Below the pieces are notes generated by a model that was given only the letters and a program-made list of their open reading frames with translations, was not told the DNA's origin and made no database searches. The position numbers and the translations under genes are program-made. From Eubacteriales bacterium (GTDB taxonomy: Bacteria; Bacillota; Clostridia; Oscillospirales; CAG-272): a stretch of DNA of 64,000 nucleotides. The stretch lies in contig JAZKYZ010000039.1 of NCBI GenBank assembly GCA_045612385.1, positions 969-64,968 on the forward strand. The letters are read 5' to 3'. Below are positions 29,918 through 39,463 of the stretch, piece by piece. Position 1 is the stretch's first letter, and every line of letters begins with the position of its first letter.

Positions 29918-31330
29918 ATATTAACTCCTTAACTGGACACCTAATGACCAGTTAAGAAAAGTTTTCGTGTTTTTATATTTTAATTTCTAAATGGCTCACC
30001 TAAAGAACCATTTAAAATTTTTATTTGAACGTATTTTACAGGCTTAACTGTTCACCTAATGAACACCTTTTCAAAATTTTATCGATTAAAGGTGTCACCT
30101 AATGGCATCTTTGAAAAAATATTTTCTATATTGTACCGGTTAACCTGCCAACCTAATTGGCACCTTAAATTCTTTTTTGAATTTTATCTCTCAAACCTGA
30201 CACCTGATGTCATGTTTGAAATATTTCTTGGACTAATTTTAAAACCTAAACTGCCAACCTAATTGGCAGTTATAGAAAATATTTTCTGTTGACGAGGGAA
30301 TTATATCTTCCAAAGTGCAAGATTTTCCTTACACTTTTAAACTGTTTTTCCTGTTCCGCCGTAATCTTAACAATTAAGTAGCTCACCTAATGGGCTACTT
30401 ATTAAAAGTGTTGAAAAATATTTGGTGCGGCGGGGCCGTATTGGCTTTACGAAAGCATCTTATCAATTAACCTGCCCACCTAATGGGCATCTTTTCGAAA
30501 AAATTATAAAATTCAAACTCGACACCTTTTGTCGACTTCGAAAAAATTTTATCTGCCAAATATGCAACCTAATTGCATATTTGAAAAAGTTTTCTGATTT
30601 TTTCACATTATAAATTTCAAAGCGGAAACCTAATTTCCTATTTGACAAAGTTTTTTCGTTTTTCACATTATAATTTTTAATGTGGAAACCTAATTGCCAC
30701 TTTAAAAAGTTTTTTGCTGTTTTTTAGTTCCAAGACATCCTATCACGCCTTCGGTTCACCTAATGAGCCGAAGATTTTTTATATTATAATTTTCAAACAT
30801 TCACTACGGAGATGTATGTTTGCTTTGTTTTTCTGAATTATATCGCCCCTTGTGTTCACCTAATGAACACAAGAGGAATTTCTTTAATGTTTTTGTACTG
30901 ACAGTTTACGACGGATTGGTGTCACCTAATGGCACCAATCCAAATATTTTTTTACCACTGCGCACATTTTATCGAATAACCTGGACACCTAATGTCCACC
31001 TTTTTCATTTTCTTTCAAATTTTACAACGAAAGTACGACACCTAATGTCGTACTTAATCATCTTTTTCAATGATTTTATACTGTAAGTGGGACACCTAAT
31101 GTCCTACTTGATCATTTCGCAAAAATTTTATCAGGCTTGTGGACATCTAATGAACACAAGCGCAAACTTCTTTCTTTTTTCGAATTATACCGCGCCTTGT
31201 GCCAACCTAATTGGCACAAGAAAAAATCTTTTGAAGGAATTTTACATCGTAAAGTACCAGCCTAATTGGTACTTTGAAAAAATCCTTGTAAAAATCATAT
31301 CGTGCAAAGTATGAGGTTTTATCACACTTT
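29918..31330. repeat. Array of 22 variable-stem hairpins with a conserved CCTAA loop, plus 3 loop-variant units
   Basis: Loops start at 29940, 29999, 30055, 30098, 30152, 30203, 30258, 30386, 30479, 30525, 30568, 30629, 30689, 30759, 30859, 30925, 30988, 31041, 31095, 31146, 31206, 31261; no credible ORF. Confidence 0.92.
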
Positions 31331-31358
31331 AAAAATAAAAATCATCTTTTTTATAATG

Positions 31359-31396
31359 AAAAACGCCATCGCACCCGTTGCCGGATACGATGGCGC
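31359..31396 (-). terminator. Intrinsic terminator between the accessory genes and the array
   Basis: Minus strand cgccatcgtatccg-gcaa-cgggtgcgatggcg-ttttt. Confidence 0.8.
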
Positions 31397-31399
31397 CGA

Positions 31400-31696
31400 T
31401 TATTCGGTTATTGGTTCCTGTTCGACCTTGCTGCTGATCAATGACTCGGCGGTGAGCCGCAGCCCCAGCTTAAAGCCATGCGTAAAGATCGTTACTTCAT
31501 TGATGCTGTTCATCTCCATCCAGCAGTCCTTGATCTTTTCGAATGTTTCCTTCTGCGCTTCGGTCAGCGTTCCAAGCAGCTCAGCCTCATTCCGCGCCAG
31601 CAGTCCTACCAGATTGGCGTATTCGCTGCCTGCGCGGACGCTGCGATTGTACGGCATAATATTCCCGTAGTACAGCTCCTCGATTGTTGTTCTCAT
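31400..31696 (-). CDS. DUF6809-like small protein
   Basis: MRTTIEELYYGNI.P...F.HGFKLG pattern; AAGGAGG RBS. Confidence 0.7.
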   Translation of the reverse strand: MRTTIEELYYGNIMPYNRSVRAGSEYANLVGLLARNEAELLGTLTEAQKETFEKIKDCWMEMNSINEVTIFTHGFKLGLRLTAESLISSKVEQEPITE

Positions 31697-31830
31697 ATCT
31701 GCACCTCCTTTGGCGGGGACAATCATATCAGAACGACGCGCGGAAGTCCATACAGGATTCTCACTGTTAGCGAACATGTAACAAAGCCCCGCGAGGGAAT
31801 TACTCCGCCGCAGGGCTATCGCTTCCACAT

Positions 31831-32058
31831 TTATATATTCTCGCTGTGGAGGATAATCTCCAGCGCGACGCTGGCATCTTCATCTACGGGCTCAATGTCC
31901 CAGCCGCGATCATAGCTGCATACGACCTCGCCGCCGCGCTTGATCATGAGCTTGCTGATCCTGCCGCCATTGATGCCAAACTTACTGCCTGTGTCCCACT
32001 GCTTAATCCAGTAGTGGTATCCGCGATGATTGATGAGGATGCATCCTTCTTTCCACAT
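31831..32058 (-). CDS. Small mobile-element protein (DUF7678-like)
   Basis: MWKEG...YWIK....S.FGI.GGRISKL.......YDRGWD. Confidence 0.65.
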   Translation of the reverse strand: MWKEGCILINHRGYHYWIKQWDTGSKFGINGGRISKLMIKRGGEVVCSYDRGWDIEPVDEDASVALEIILHSENI

Positions 32059-32070
32059 GTCGCCGCCTCC

Positions 32071-32334
32071 TTACCACTCGAATCCTGCGTCTGCTGCGAT
32101 GCCCTTGAACGCCTCCAGCGCCACTGCGATGCTGCTGTAGTCGCGGATGAACTCCGGATCGTCGTTGCCGTTCTTTCTCACCGATGCGAGCACCGCGCTG
32201 CCGCATGCCATCATGCGGATCTCCATCGTGCTACCTGCCTTTGTCCATACGCGGTGGTATACCGTGTTCTGTGTATCTGAGGTATGTCCTGCTACCGTGA
32301 ATCCGTTCTTTTCGATCATTGCTGTGTTTTTCAT
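32071..32334 (-). CDS. Hypothetical protein
   Basis: AGGAGG RBS; TGGACT-16-TATACT promoter upstream. Confidence 0.65.
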   Translation of the reverse strand: MKNTAMIEKNGFTVAGHTSDTQNTVYHRVWTKAGSTMEIRMMACGSAVLASVRKNGNDDPEFIRDYSSIAVALEAFKGIAADAGFEW

Positions 32335-32555
32335 GCCATTGGCCTCCTGTGTTTTTGGTAGGACAAGTATACCAGAAAGGGGGTAAAAGTCCAGCCAAAA
32401 AAGCAAGAATTAGCAGAAGGAACATAATTAAATGAAATAATACGATTGCGTCGTATTTTAGCGTTTGCGATTAGACAGCAAAACAGCCCCACGATCCATA
32501 TCGGGGGGCTGAAACACCTGCATAAAAACTATATTTTAGGGATTATATACGATGA

Positions 32556-33494
32556 TTAGTCTTTTCCAATTGGTTCTAATTCTGTTTTTACGGTGCTATC
32601 ATATTCTGCATCTGTCAACTCTGACTTCAATATGCTATCATTGAGCATTCTTAAAAATGCCGCAGCTTGTTTTTGGTTGTTGATTTGAATTTTTCCATCG
32701 GATATTACAAAAATGCCTTTGTATCGCGGCAACGTGCCAAGTTTATCCAATAGCACAGCTTTCTTCATTCTTAATACAGGCGAGTTCTTTGCTTTATATA
32801 ACTTTTTGGCGTTCGTAAGAGCGCTTTTGTCAGCCAACACTAAAAACTTATCAATACCAGAAACAATTTCCATTTCCGATATGTACTGTATTGTTTTTTG
32901 GGCTTCTCCACGTATGAATGTTTCGAAAAGGAACACCCTTTGCATAAGTTCAATTTTTGTCGTTATGATTGAAGTTCCAATGATCAAGCAATCTATTTTA
33001 CGCTCTATTTTCAAAATATCATCCTTCAACGATGTATAAACTCCACCTGAAATAATCGCGTAGATGTTTTTGCTTTTTTTGATCAATTGTGGATAGTTGA
33101 CTTGCTGATATATCCAGAAATATGTATCGTTTACATTTATTCTAAATGCAAAACCTATCAAAAAGTCAAGATCACTTTCGCTGTATTTATCCGACACTGC
33201 GCCGTAACTGTTTAAAAAATCGAACGGGGAATACTCGGCGGTTTGCGGAATTTCATAAAAAACTTTTCTGTTATCATCGATATTTTCTGCTCTATCCAAT
33301 TTTGCGGAATCGCAGAGAAACTGATTCTCTAATACGGTTTTCAACATACTAGAAACTTTTGAATTTAAAGCATCATCCAAAATGAATTTTTTTAAAGAAA
33401 ACGCGTCATCCTTTTTTATGACCGCAAAAGCGCTCACGCCATATTCCGTATGGATAATTCGTTTTATATGTTCTTTCATTTCTTGAGTGTTCAT
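32556..33494 (-). CDS. kwaB: Kiwa anti-phage protein KwaB (DUF4868-like)
   Basis: 312 aa; ILKIERKIDCLI, FLRMLNDSILKSELT..EYD C-terminal pattern; coupled to a KwaA-like gene. Confidence 0.75.
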   Translation of the reverse strand: MNTQEMKEHIKRIIHTEYGVSAFAVIKKDDAFSLKKFILDDALNSKVSSMLKTVLENQFLCDSAKLDRAENIDDNRKVFYEIPQTAEYSPFDFLNSYGAVSDKYSESDLDFLIGFAFRINVNDTYFWIYQQVNYPQLIKKSKNIYAIISGGVYTSLKDDILKIERKIDCLIIGTSIITTKIELMQRVFLFETFIRGEAQKTIQYISEMEIVSGIDKFLVLADKSALTNAKKLYKAKNSPVLRMKKAVLLDKLGTLPRYKGIFVISDGKIQINNQKQAAAFLRMLNDSILKSELTDAEYDSTVKTELEPIGKD

Positions 33495-34072
33495 TTTTTC
33501 ATTCCTTTCACGAACAGAACATCTTGGGTGATATCCTTATATTCGACATTGTGCTTATCATCTATTTCCCCGTGTGATATAGCCATGTATGTTCCAGTGC
33601 CTTTTTCCTCGCTGTCAATAAATACTATTTCCGTAACATGATACCCTAATATCGATAGAACCGGGTTTGCGTAAAACAATCTCGTTTTTGCCATTAACAA
33701 CCAAGTAAATATCAGAATGGAGAAAAATGTTATAACGCCTTGCCACGTATTGATATTATCGATTAACAACGGGAGAATGAGCGTAAAAAAGAAATTCAAA
33801 CTGGCATCTTCTTTCTTTTCAACTGTTGCAACAGAATACCCTTGTTTTCTATCTGCGTATTTGAATGCATTGAAACTGATTATGAAGATTATTGCTAAAA
33901 TGCACCATATTGCGCAGACAAGCATAGTACAAAGCAAAGGCAAATTAGCAGAAATAAATTCTTTTATAGAGAGCCCTACCCCAGCCTCGTCTTTGGTTAC
34001 AAAACACCAATTTTTAATTATTGTTAGAAAAGCGATGGGACTTAGCGATTGTATCATTAATTGTTTTTTCAC
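33491..34072 (-). CDS. kwaA: Kiwa anti-phage membrane protein KwaA
   Basis: Multi-TM 193 aa with SLSP, LNFFFTLILPL and FYANPVLSILGY. Confidence 0.75.
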   Translation of the reverse strand: MKKQLMIQSLSPIAFLTIIKNWCFVTKDEAGVGLSIKEFISANLPLLCTMLVCAIWCILAIIFIISFNAFKYADRKQGYSVATVEKKEDASLNFFFTLILPLLIDNINTWQGVITFFSILIFTWLLMAKTRLFYANPVLSILGYHVTEIVFIDSEEKGTGTYMAISHGEIDDKHNVEYKDITQDVLFVKGMKK

Positions 34073-34158
34073 ATTCGTTACTCCTTCAAGATGACAAGTT
34101 GCTCCGTTTTCGTAAATAATATTTTATCCAAGCAGCTATCTAAAGTGTTTATACAATA

Positions 34159-34950
34159 TTAATATAAATCTTTCAGCTGCTCGTAAGTAATATCTATGCC
34201 TATCGAGCGAAGCAGGTCACGTCTTTTTTCGTACAGTGGTCTTAATACTGAGTCTATATCGGCACCGTAGTGCAACCAGTTATGGCATCCACTACAAAGT
34301 GATACGACATTTTGTTCTCTATCCAAATCGACATTCGGGAACAGATGAGCAGCATGCAACGGAACTAAATGGTGTGGTTCCGTGTAATTAAGGTTGCTGT
34401 TTTTCCTTTTGAAGAGCTGGTGCTGTTCGCTGACCTCACACATAAAACATGCTTTGCTTAATGCATTTTTGGCAACCGTTCTGCTGCGCGGATATCGTTT
34501 CATTTCAACAGAAGAAATCATCTTAGGGGGTCTCGGCGTATTATCATACTCGAAGGGAACGGGCGACGAATAAACTACATCATCATTTAACGACTCTATA
34601 AATTCCTGTTCTTCGATAATATCACGAGATTCCGCACGCTTGCCTTGTTCTTGTACCAATATTTCTTTGGCTCTTTTGCGCGACTCAGCATCGACACGCT
34701 CGCTTGCAATTATTATTTCAAGTGCCTCTAATTCCTGTCCGTGTGCAAATATGTGTCTTGCTCTAGGGATTCGAAATCCTTGCCGCGATGATCTTGCGCG
34801 AGGGCTTTCTCGTAGTATTTTTTCAGCCAGCACATCGGTAGGGATCGTAGCGTCCTTGAAATCATAATAAAAGCGCACAAAAGCGGCTTTTCCTATGGCA
34901 TTTAATGTTTCTTCCAAACTGCCATATTTAGTATCGTTATACTGCGACAT
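34159..34950 (-). CDS. HNH endonuclease (McrA-like)
   Basis: CE...YTEPHHLVP...NVVSLCSGCHNWLHYG. Confidence 0.85.
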   Translation of the reverse strand: MSQYNDTKYGSLEETLNAIGKAAFVRFYYDFKDATIPTDVLAEKILRESPRARSSRQGFRIPRARHIFAHGQELEALEIIIASERVDAESRKRAKEILVQEQGKRAESRDIIEEQEFIESLNDDVVYSSPVPFEYDNTPRPPKMISSVEMKRYPRSRTVAKNALSKACFMCEVSEQHQLFKRKNSNLNYTEPHHLVPLHAAHLFPNVDLDREQNVVSLCSGCHNWLHYGADIDSVLRPLYEKRRDLLRSIGIDITYEQLKDLY

Positions 34951-34996
34951 TTTGCTCCTCCTTTGCTAAAGCGAGCGTGACGATGAATAAGATCGT

Positions 34997-36271
34997 TTAT
35001 TCTCCTAACGCCTTGTCTAGCTTCATTATTTGAAGGAAAATACCTTCCAAAAGTCTTACCGGAATACTGTTACCCGCCATTCGAATAAGCTTGTCTCGTG
35101 GGAACAAACAACTATTCTTACGAACTTCAGGGTTGTTTTTAATAACGTTATCGTAATCTTCGTCCGTGAATCCCATGAAAAGGAAACACTCGCGTGGTGT
35201 TAAATACCTAAATGTCCCGCGTCCGGCGATACCCGACTCAAAATAGAGGTTGCCCGAATTGGGATTGCGATCTTGCTTGGTAGTGATTGTTCGAATAACG
35301 TCGATATCCGGATTAATAGTGCCGTTCTCCAAAACAATCTGAGGGTTTTCATTCCATATCTCGCGGCGAGATACGGTGTCGTTGGGGGTACACGCTACGG
35401 CCTCGTCGAACAATCTCCGATTGCCATAGTCGATGCGCAACAATTCACTAACCGAGGTTTTGCGATAATATTTCGATTGTTGGTATTCTTTGACAACGGT
35501 TGTCTCCGTCTTGGATTTCCAATACGAAATCACCTTTTGTTTTAATACCTCATCATCTCCAACGTACACGCTGACCATTAACAAACGCGGTCTGTTTTGG
35601 GGCAGTCCGAAAGCGCTTGCATTCAACTGAAAGTATTTGCTAACATAGCCTAGCGCTTCCAAGTCGGAAATCCAGGTTTCAAAATTACCCTTGTGTCTAT
35701 CGGAGAGTAGCGTAGGTACATTCTCCAAAAGCAAGTATCTCGGCATGGATTTTCCTGCCTCGTTCATTTCCTGCAATATGCGTCCTACCTGCCATAACAA
35801 ACTGGAGCGGCTGCCAGAGTCCTTGTCAATACCTTTGGTATATCCGTGGAACGCACCAACGTTTGAAAGGTCCTGACAAGGGAATGAATATGTAAGAATA
35901 TCAACATCCTCTGGCATGCTGCTCCCGTTCAAGGAGCTTACATCTACGAAATTATTGTTTCTTCTTACAGCAGCGTAAACGCGGCGCAATACTTCAACAG
36001 AATATGTTTTCAGTACTTTATAATCCATTTTCTCTTTGCCGTTGTTGCTAAGCACGAAGGGCTCCAAGAAAGAGAGCAGCTGTTCTTTTGTCATTGCCTT
36101 TACATCATCGGGGAGTTCCGGCGACGCATGAATCGCGTCATAAGCAATAAACGCATGTATATCCCATTCGCATATACCCAGCGTGTTAACTGTACAGCCG
36201 AGGTTTTTAAGGGCTTTGGCTTGGCTGCCTATACCACTAAACAGCTCAACTAAATTGTAAGTATGATTCAT
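34997..36271 (-). CDS. DNA (cytosine-5)-methyltransferase
   Basis: Motif I ELFSGIG, IV FPCQ, VI ENV, VIII QNRPR, IX RYLTPREC, X AGNSI. Confidence 0.95.
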   Translation of the reverse strand: MNHTYNLVELFSGIGSQAKALKNLGCTVNTLGICEWDIHAFIAYDAIHASPELPDDVKAMTKEQLLSFLEPFVLSNNGKEKMDYKVLKTYSVEVLRRVYAAVRRNNNFVDVSSLNGSSMPEDVDILTYSFPCQDLSNVGAFHGYTKGIDKDSGSRSSLLWQVGRILQEMNEAGKSMPRYLLLENVPTLLSDRHKGNFETWISDLEALGYVSKYFQLNASAFGLPQNRPRLLMVSVYVGDDEVLKQKVISYWKSKTETTVVKEYQQSKYYRKTSVSELLRIDYGNRRLFDEAVACTPNDTVSRREIWNENPQIVLENGTINPDIDVIRTITTKQDRNPNSGNLYFESGIAGRGTFRYLTPRECFLFMGFTDEDYDNVIKNNPEVRKNSCLFPRDKLIRMAGNSIPVRLLEGIFLQIMKLDKALGE

Positions 36272-38535
36272 GAGATTTTTATACCCTCCGCTTCAAGCTT
36301 GCTCTCCACCTCAAGCGCAAGCTTGATGGATGCCATTATCTTCGATGGCACCTTACCGGAACTTGAAGCAGGTACGTTACCTGTTTGTGCCATGGTTATA
36401 AGCTGCTTAATTGCAGTCTGTTCTTGATACGATACCAATGATTTCTGAAGCCCTATCGTCATGACCTTCGTCCAGTAGTCAGCTCCTTTTGCAACGGCGT
36501 TCATTACAAACATCAAATCATTGGTTTCTTTTTGCTCGGATTTTGCTGCGCTTTCCTGCTGGCGGATGATTGATTCAGGCATCAACTCGTCCAAGAACTC
36601 TGCTGACAGCGAATACGGAACACTGTCTCTAAATTCTTCCCATGTAGAAAGGCGCTTGCAGTATTCGGTAACAATTACACCGTGGCTATCGCAGATGAAG
36701 TCGTTAGCGATTTTGGTGACACGTTCCACCTCGCGCATAAATGCAGGCGATACCGACTGCTTCTGCCATATTCTGCCCCAGTCGAGTGTGTATCCCGAGG
36801 GAATAGAAGACAATATTTTTGCTATGGTATACGGGACAATATTGCCCTTATAACCACCAGTCTTATACCAAAATCCTGTGGGCTTTTTGGCACTGTCTTT
36901 GTGGGACTCCAAATAATCATCAACCGCTTGGAAAATGATAGCTGCGCAGATGCATTTCTTGAAATAAAATTCGTTGAAATCAGCTCTGCTCGATTTATAC
37001 ATGTTGCCAATAGCAATTGCAAATTCCTTGAACACCCAGTTTTTACCCTTAGATACAATGTGTGGTTTGCAATCGAGCGCGGTCATATAAACCGCAAGCT
37101 TTTCTTTTGTAATAAGTTGTTTCTTGGGAAATTTCGATGCGAATCGCTTGGCTTCCTCTCCGCCCAGCTTGAACTGTTCCTGTTCATAACGTTTTCTGGA
37201 ACGCTCATAGTACCATCCGGTGGGAATTGCGTACAATGCCGGCGGTGCCAAATGTTTCTTTGACATCTTTTCCATCCAAATATGGAAGGGGTCGTTAGAG
37301 AATAGGTCTGCAGCAGTAACTTTATTTTGGCTGTTCGCGTACTTCGCAATAGCTTGTACCATCTGATCATAGAATCGAATGCCATCTTCGTCCTCGGATT
37401 CGCGATCTTCGATGACGGTGATTTTCATCGGAACGAATATACCATCCAAATTCATATTTGCAGATTTTTTTAAGATTGCTTCAGCCAAAGATGCTGTTGT
37501 TTGGCCGCCGTTAATGATCTGCAAATCAACAATCTGAGTAATGTAGAGTTCACCATCTATGCGCTCAACTGTGACGTCTGCCGCCGTGGTTGCTATGCCG
37601 TTATTGTAAGTGAAAAATTTAGTAGGATCCGTGTTAATGGTCCGTCTAATGCCGTTATTAACATTATCCTTTTTCTGTGATACTCCTAAAAAGGCACGAA
37701 CGTTTCCTTCCAAGACCTTGCTGCCATGCTCGATATAAATACTTGCCAACAATCTTCCGGGAATAATTGCAATGTACGCCTCGTAACCGAGATCATCACC
37801 AATATTACCCTTAATACAAGGAATACCTTCATATCCCAATTCAGGAAAATCGTTTTTAATATCAATTACGATAGGCTCGTTGCTATTGGAATTTTCCATT
37901 TCAAAGAAACGTTCCAAGTGCCACAAACTAATTTCCAACGGTTTACCATTAAAATCAGCCTTTTTAATTTTCTTGGTGGTTTTAGTGGTTTTGGCTTTGC
38001 CTTTTTTCTTTCGGATAGTTGTCTCAAGCAGATTCTTATCCAAAAGTCTTGTGCTTAACTCTTTATTGGTGATGATATAAAATTTGATTTTCAGAAGCAT
38101 GTCCGGATCGTCGCCAACTGCATTGATGCGACGGCGAATCAAACGCGCCACCTTCAATATGTCGTCAGAAGCGTCGAAACAATCCTCCATGTTTCCGTTG
38201 CATACTTCATCGAGGAAGTTATATAAGCGCCAATAGAGATCGTCTACACGTGTTTCTGTTAGATTTTCAGTGTTAAAAGTATCCTGAAAATCGCTGATGA
38301 AAAGGATAAGGCTGCGATCCACTTCGTCAAAGCTATATCCGTCGATTCTCATTAAACTTTTGTTTTTTCTTGCCTTGTCACCCATTCCAACACGGACGGG
38401 ATCCTCGATCTCACTGAAATCCGAAAGAATATCGAGCGTTCTATTTAAGAATTCATCTTCGGTCTCGGCGCCGCTGATCGCGGATTCATCGCGCAAAGAT
38501 TGCAAAAAATCGCGTTTATATTCCTGATAATCCAT
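36268..38535 (-). CDS. AIPR family protein
   Basis: LEGNVRAFL, FFTYNNGI, QIINGGQTTASL, NSQNKV. Confidence 0.92.
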   Translation of the reverse strand: MDYQEYKRDFLQSLRDESAISGAETEDEFLNRTLDILSDFSEIEDPVRVGMGDKARKNKSLMRIDGYSFDEVDRSLILFISDFQDTFNTENLTETRVDDLYWRLYNFLDEVCNGNMEDCFDASDDILKVARLIRRRINAVGDDPDMLLKIKFYIITNKELSTRLLDKNLLETTIRKKKGKAKTTKTTKKIKKADFNGKPLEISLWHLERFFEMENSNSNEPIVIDIKNDFPELGYEGIPCIKGNIGDDLGYEAYIAIIPGRLLASIYIEHGSKVLEGNVRAFLGVSQKKDNVNNGIRRTINTDPTKFFTYNNGIATTAADVTVERIDGELYITQIVDLQIINGGQTTASLAEAILKKSANMNLDGIFVPMKITVIEDRESEDEDGIRFYDQMVQAIAKYANSQNKVTAADLFSNDPFHIWMEKMSKKHLAPPALYAIPTGWYYERSRKRYEQEQFKLGGEEAKRFASKFPKKQLITKEKLAVYMTALDCKPHIVSKGKNWVFKEFAIAIGNMYKSSRADFNEFYFKKCICAAIIFQAVDDYLESHKDSAKKPTGFWYKTGGYKGNIVPYTIAKILSSIPSGYTLDWGRIWQKQSVSPAFMREVERVTKIANDFICDSHGVIVTEYCKRLSTWEEFRDSVPYSLSAEFLDELMPESIIRQQESAAKSEQKETNDLMFVMNAVAKGADYWTKVMTIGLQKSLVSYQEQTAIKQLITMAQTGNVPASSSGKVPSKIMASIKLALEVESKLEAEGIKIS

Positions 38536-38545
38536 TTTGCGCCTC

Positions 38546-39463
38546 CTATTCTTTTATTTCGAATGCTCCTATTTCAACCAAGGAGATTTCGTACATTGCT
38601 TTTCTAATTGCCGTGGGAAGATCTCGCGGTGTCAGCTTGGGGAATTCTGCACAAACACGATATCTCTTAAAGCTGTTGATTTCATATACGAAATCATCGT
38701 AATAATTGTTATATTCGTATCCTTGCAATGCGACTTTCGCCATAAACGCGTCGCGTTCTTCACCGTCTTGAAACATGTTACGCGTTTCCAAAATCAACTT
38801 GTTCAAAGTGATTCCGTTATAGGCTGTGCTCATTTTCTCAAGACTGTAAACCGCAAGTTCGCCCTCGTTGTCACTGTCGAGCTGCTCCAACGAGGAGATT
38901 TTAACACTTTGCGCGCCTCGACTGATCGACTTTGCTTCAATCCATGTATCTCCAAACGAGAAGTCCTTGTGCGTAAGCTCTTGCCCACTCCAGCTATCTA
39001 AAGCCTCTACCAGTCCTATGCGAGAAGCTAAATGTCCGCGCATTACAAGAATTTCTCCGATAAGTCCCATGATTTCAGGCTCCGTCAGGAAATTATTTTT
39101 AGATGAAACAAACATTTTCTTCCACTGAAAGAAGCGGCTAACAATAGCGGTGTATCCTTCGCTTTTATCTTTGACGCTTCTCGTCTGCTCGATTAAGTCG
39201 TCACAGAATTTATAAAATAGTCCGCTGATATCATCATCGCAAAGAGAGAATCGAATAGTATTGTAATCGGCGCGTTTATATTGGTTTACCTCAATCGCAG
39301 ATGTGCCAGTGACCTTACGCGGCGTAAACGACGCACGAAGCTCTATGGCCTTTCTACCTTTATCGTCGAGTCCAATATGTAACTCCAAAATATGATCAGT
39401 ATCTACGCGCGAAAAATAATTGGCATTTGTAAATTTTGCAAAAAGTTCGCGAGAGTCGATCAT
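38546..39463 (-). CDS. PD-(D/E)XK motif protein (DUF4420-like)
   Basis: GLIGEI...W.G....KDF......EAKS...VKISSLEQL. Confidence 0.85.
   Translation of the reverse strand: MIDSRELFAKFTNANYFSRVDTDHILELHIGLDDKGRKAIELRASFTPRKVTGTSAIEVNQYKRADYNTIRFSLCDDDISGLFYKFCDDLIEQTRSVKDKSEGYTAIVSRFFQWKKMFVSSKNNFLTEPEIMGLIGEILVMRGHLASRIGLVEALDSWSGQELTHKDFSFGDTWIEAKSISRGAQSVKISSLEQLDSDNEGELAVYSLEKMSTAYNGITLNKLILETRNMFQDGEERDAFMAKVALQGYEYNNYYDDFVYEINSFKRYRVCAEFPKLTPRDLPTAIRKAMYEISLVEIGAFEIKE

Noticed and set aside
30059-31314. Short ORFs (63-88 aa) across the array
   Set aside because: No RBS; F/K/L-rich composition and repeated SPN/HLM peptides simply reflect the CACCTAATG motif.
29918-31330. Calling the hairpin array a CRISPR array
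   Set aside because: There are no identical direct repeats (only a 5-7-nt loop is constant), the linkers are low-complexity AT tracts and no cas genes are present.
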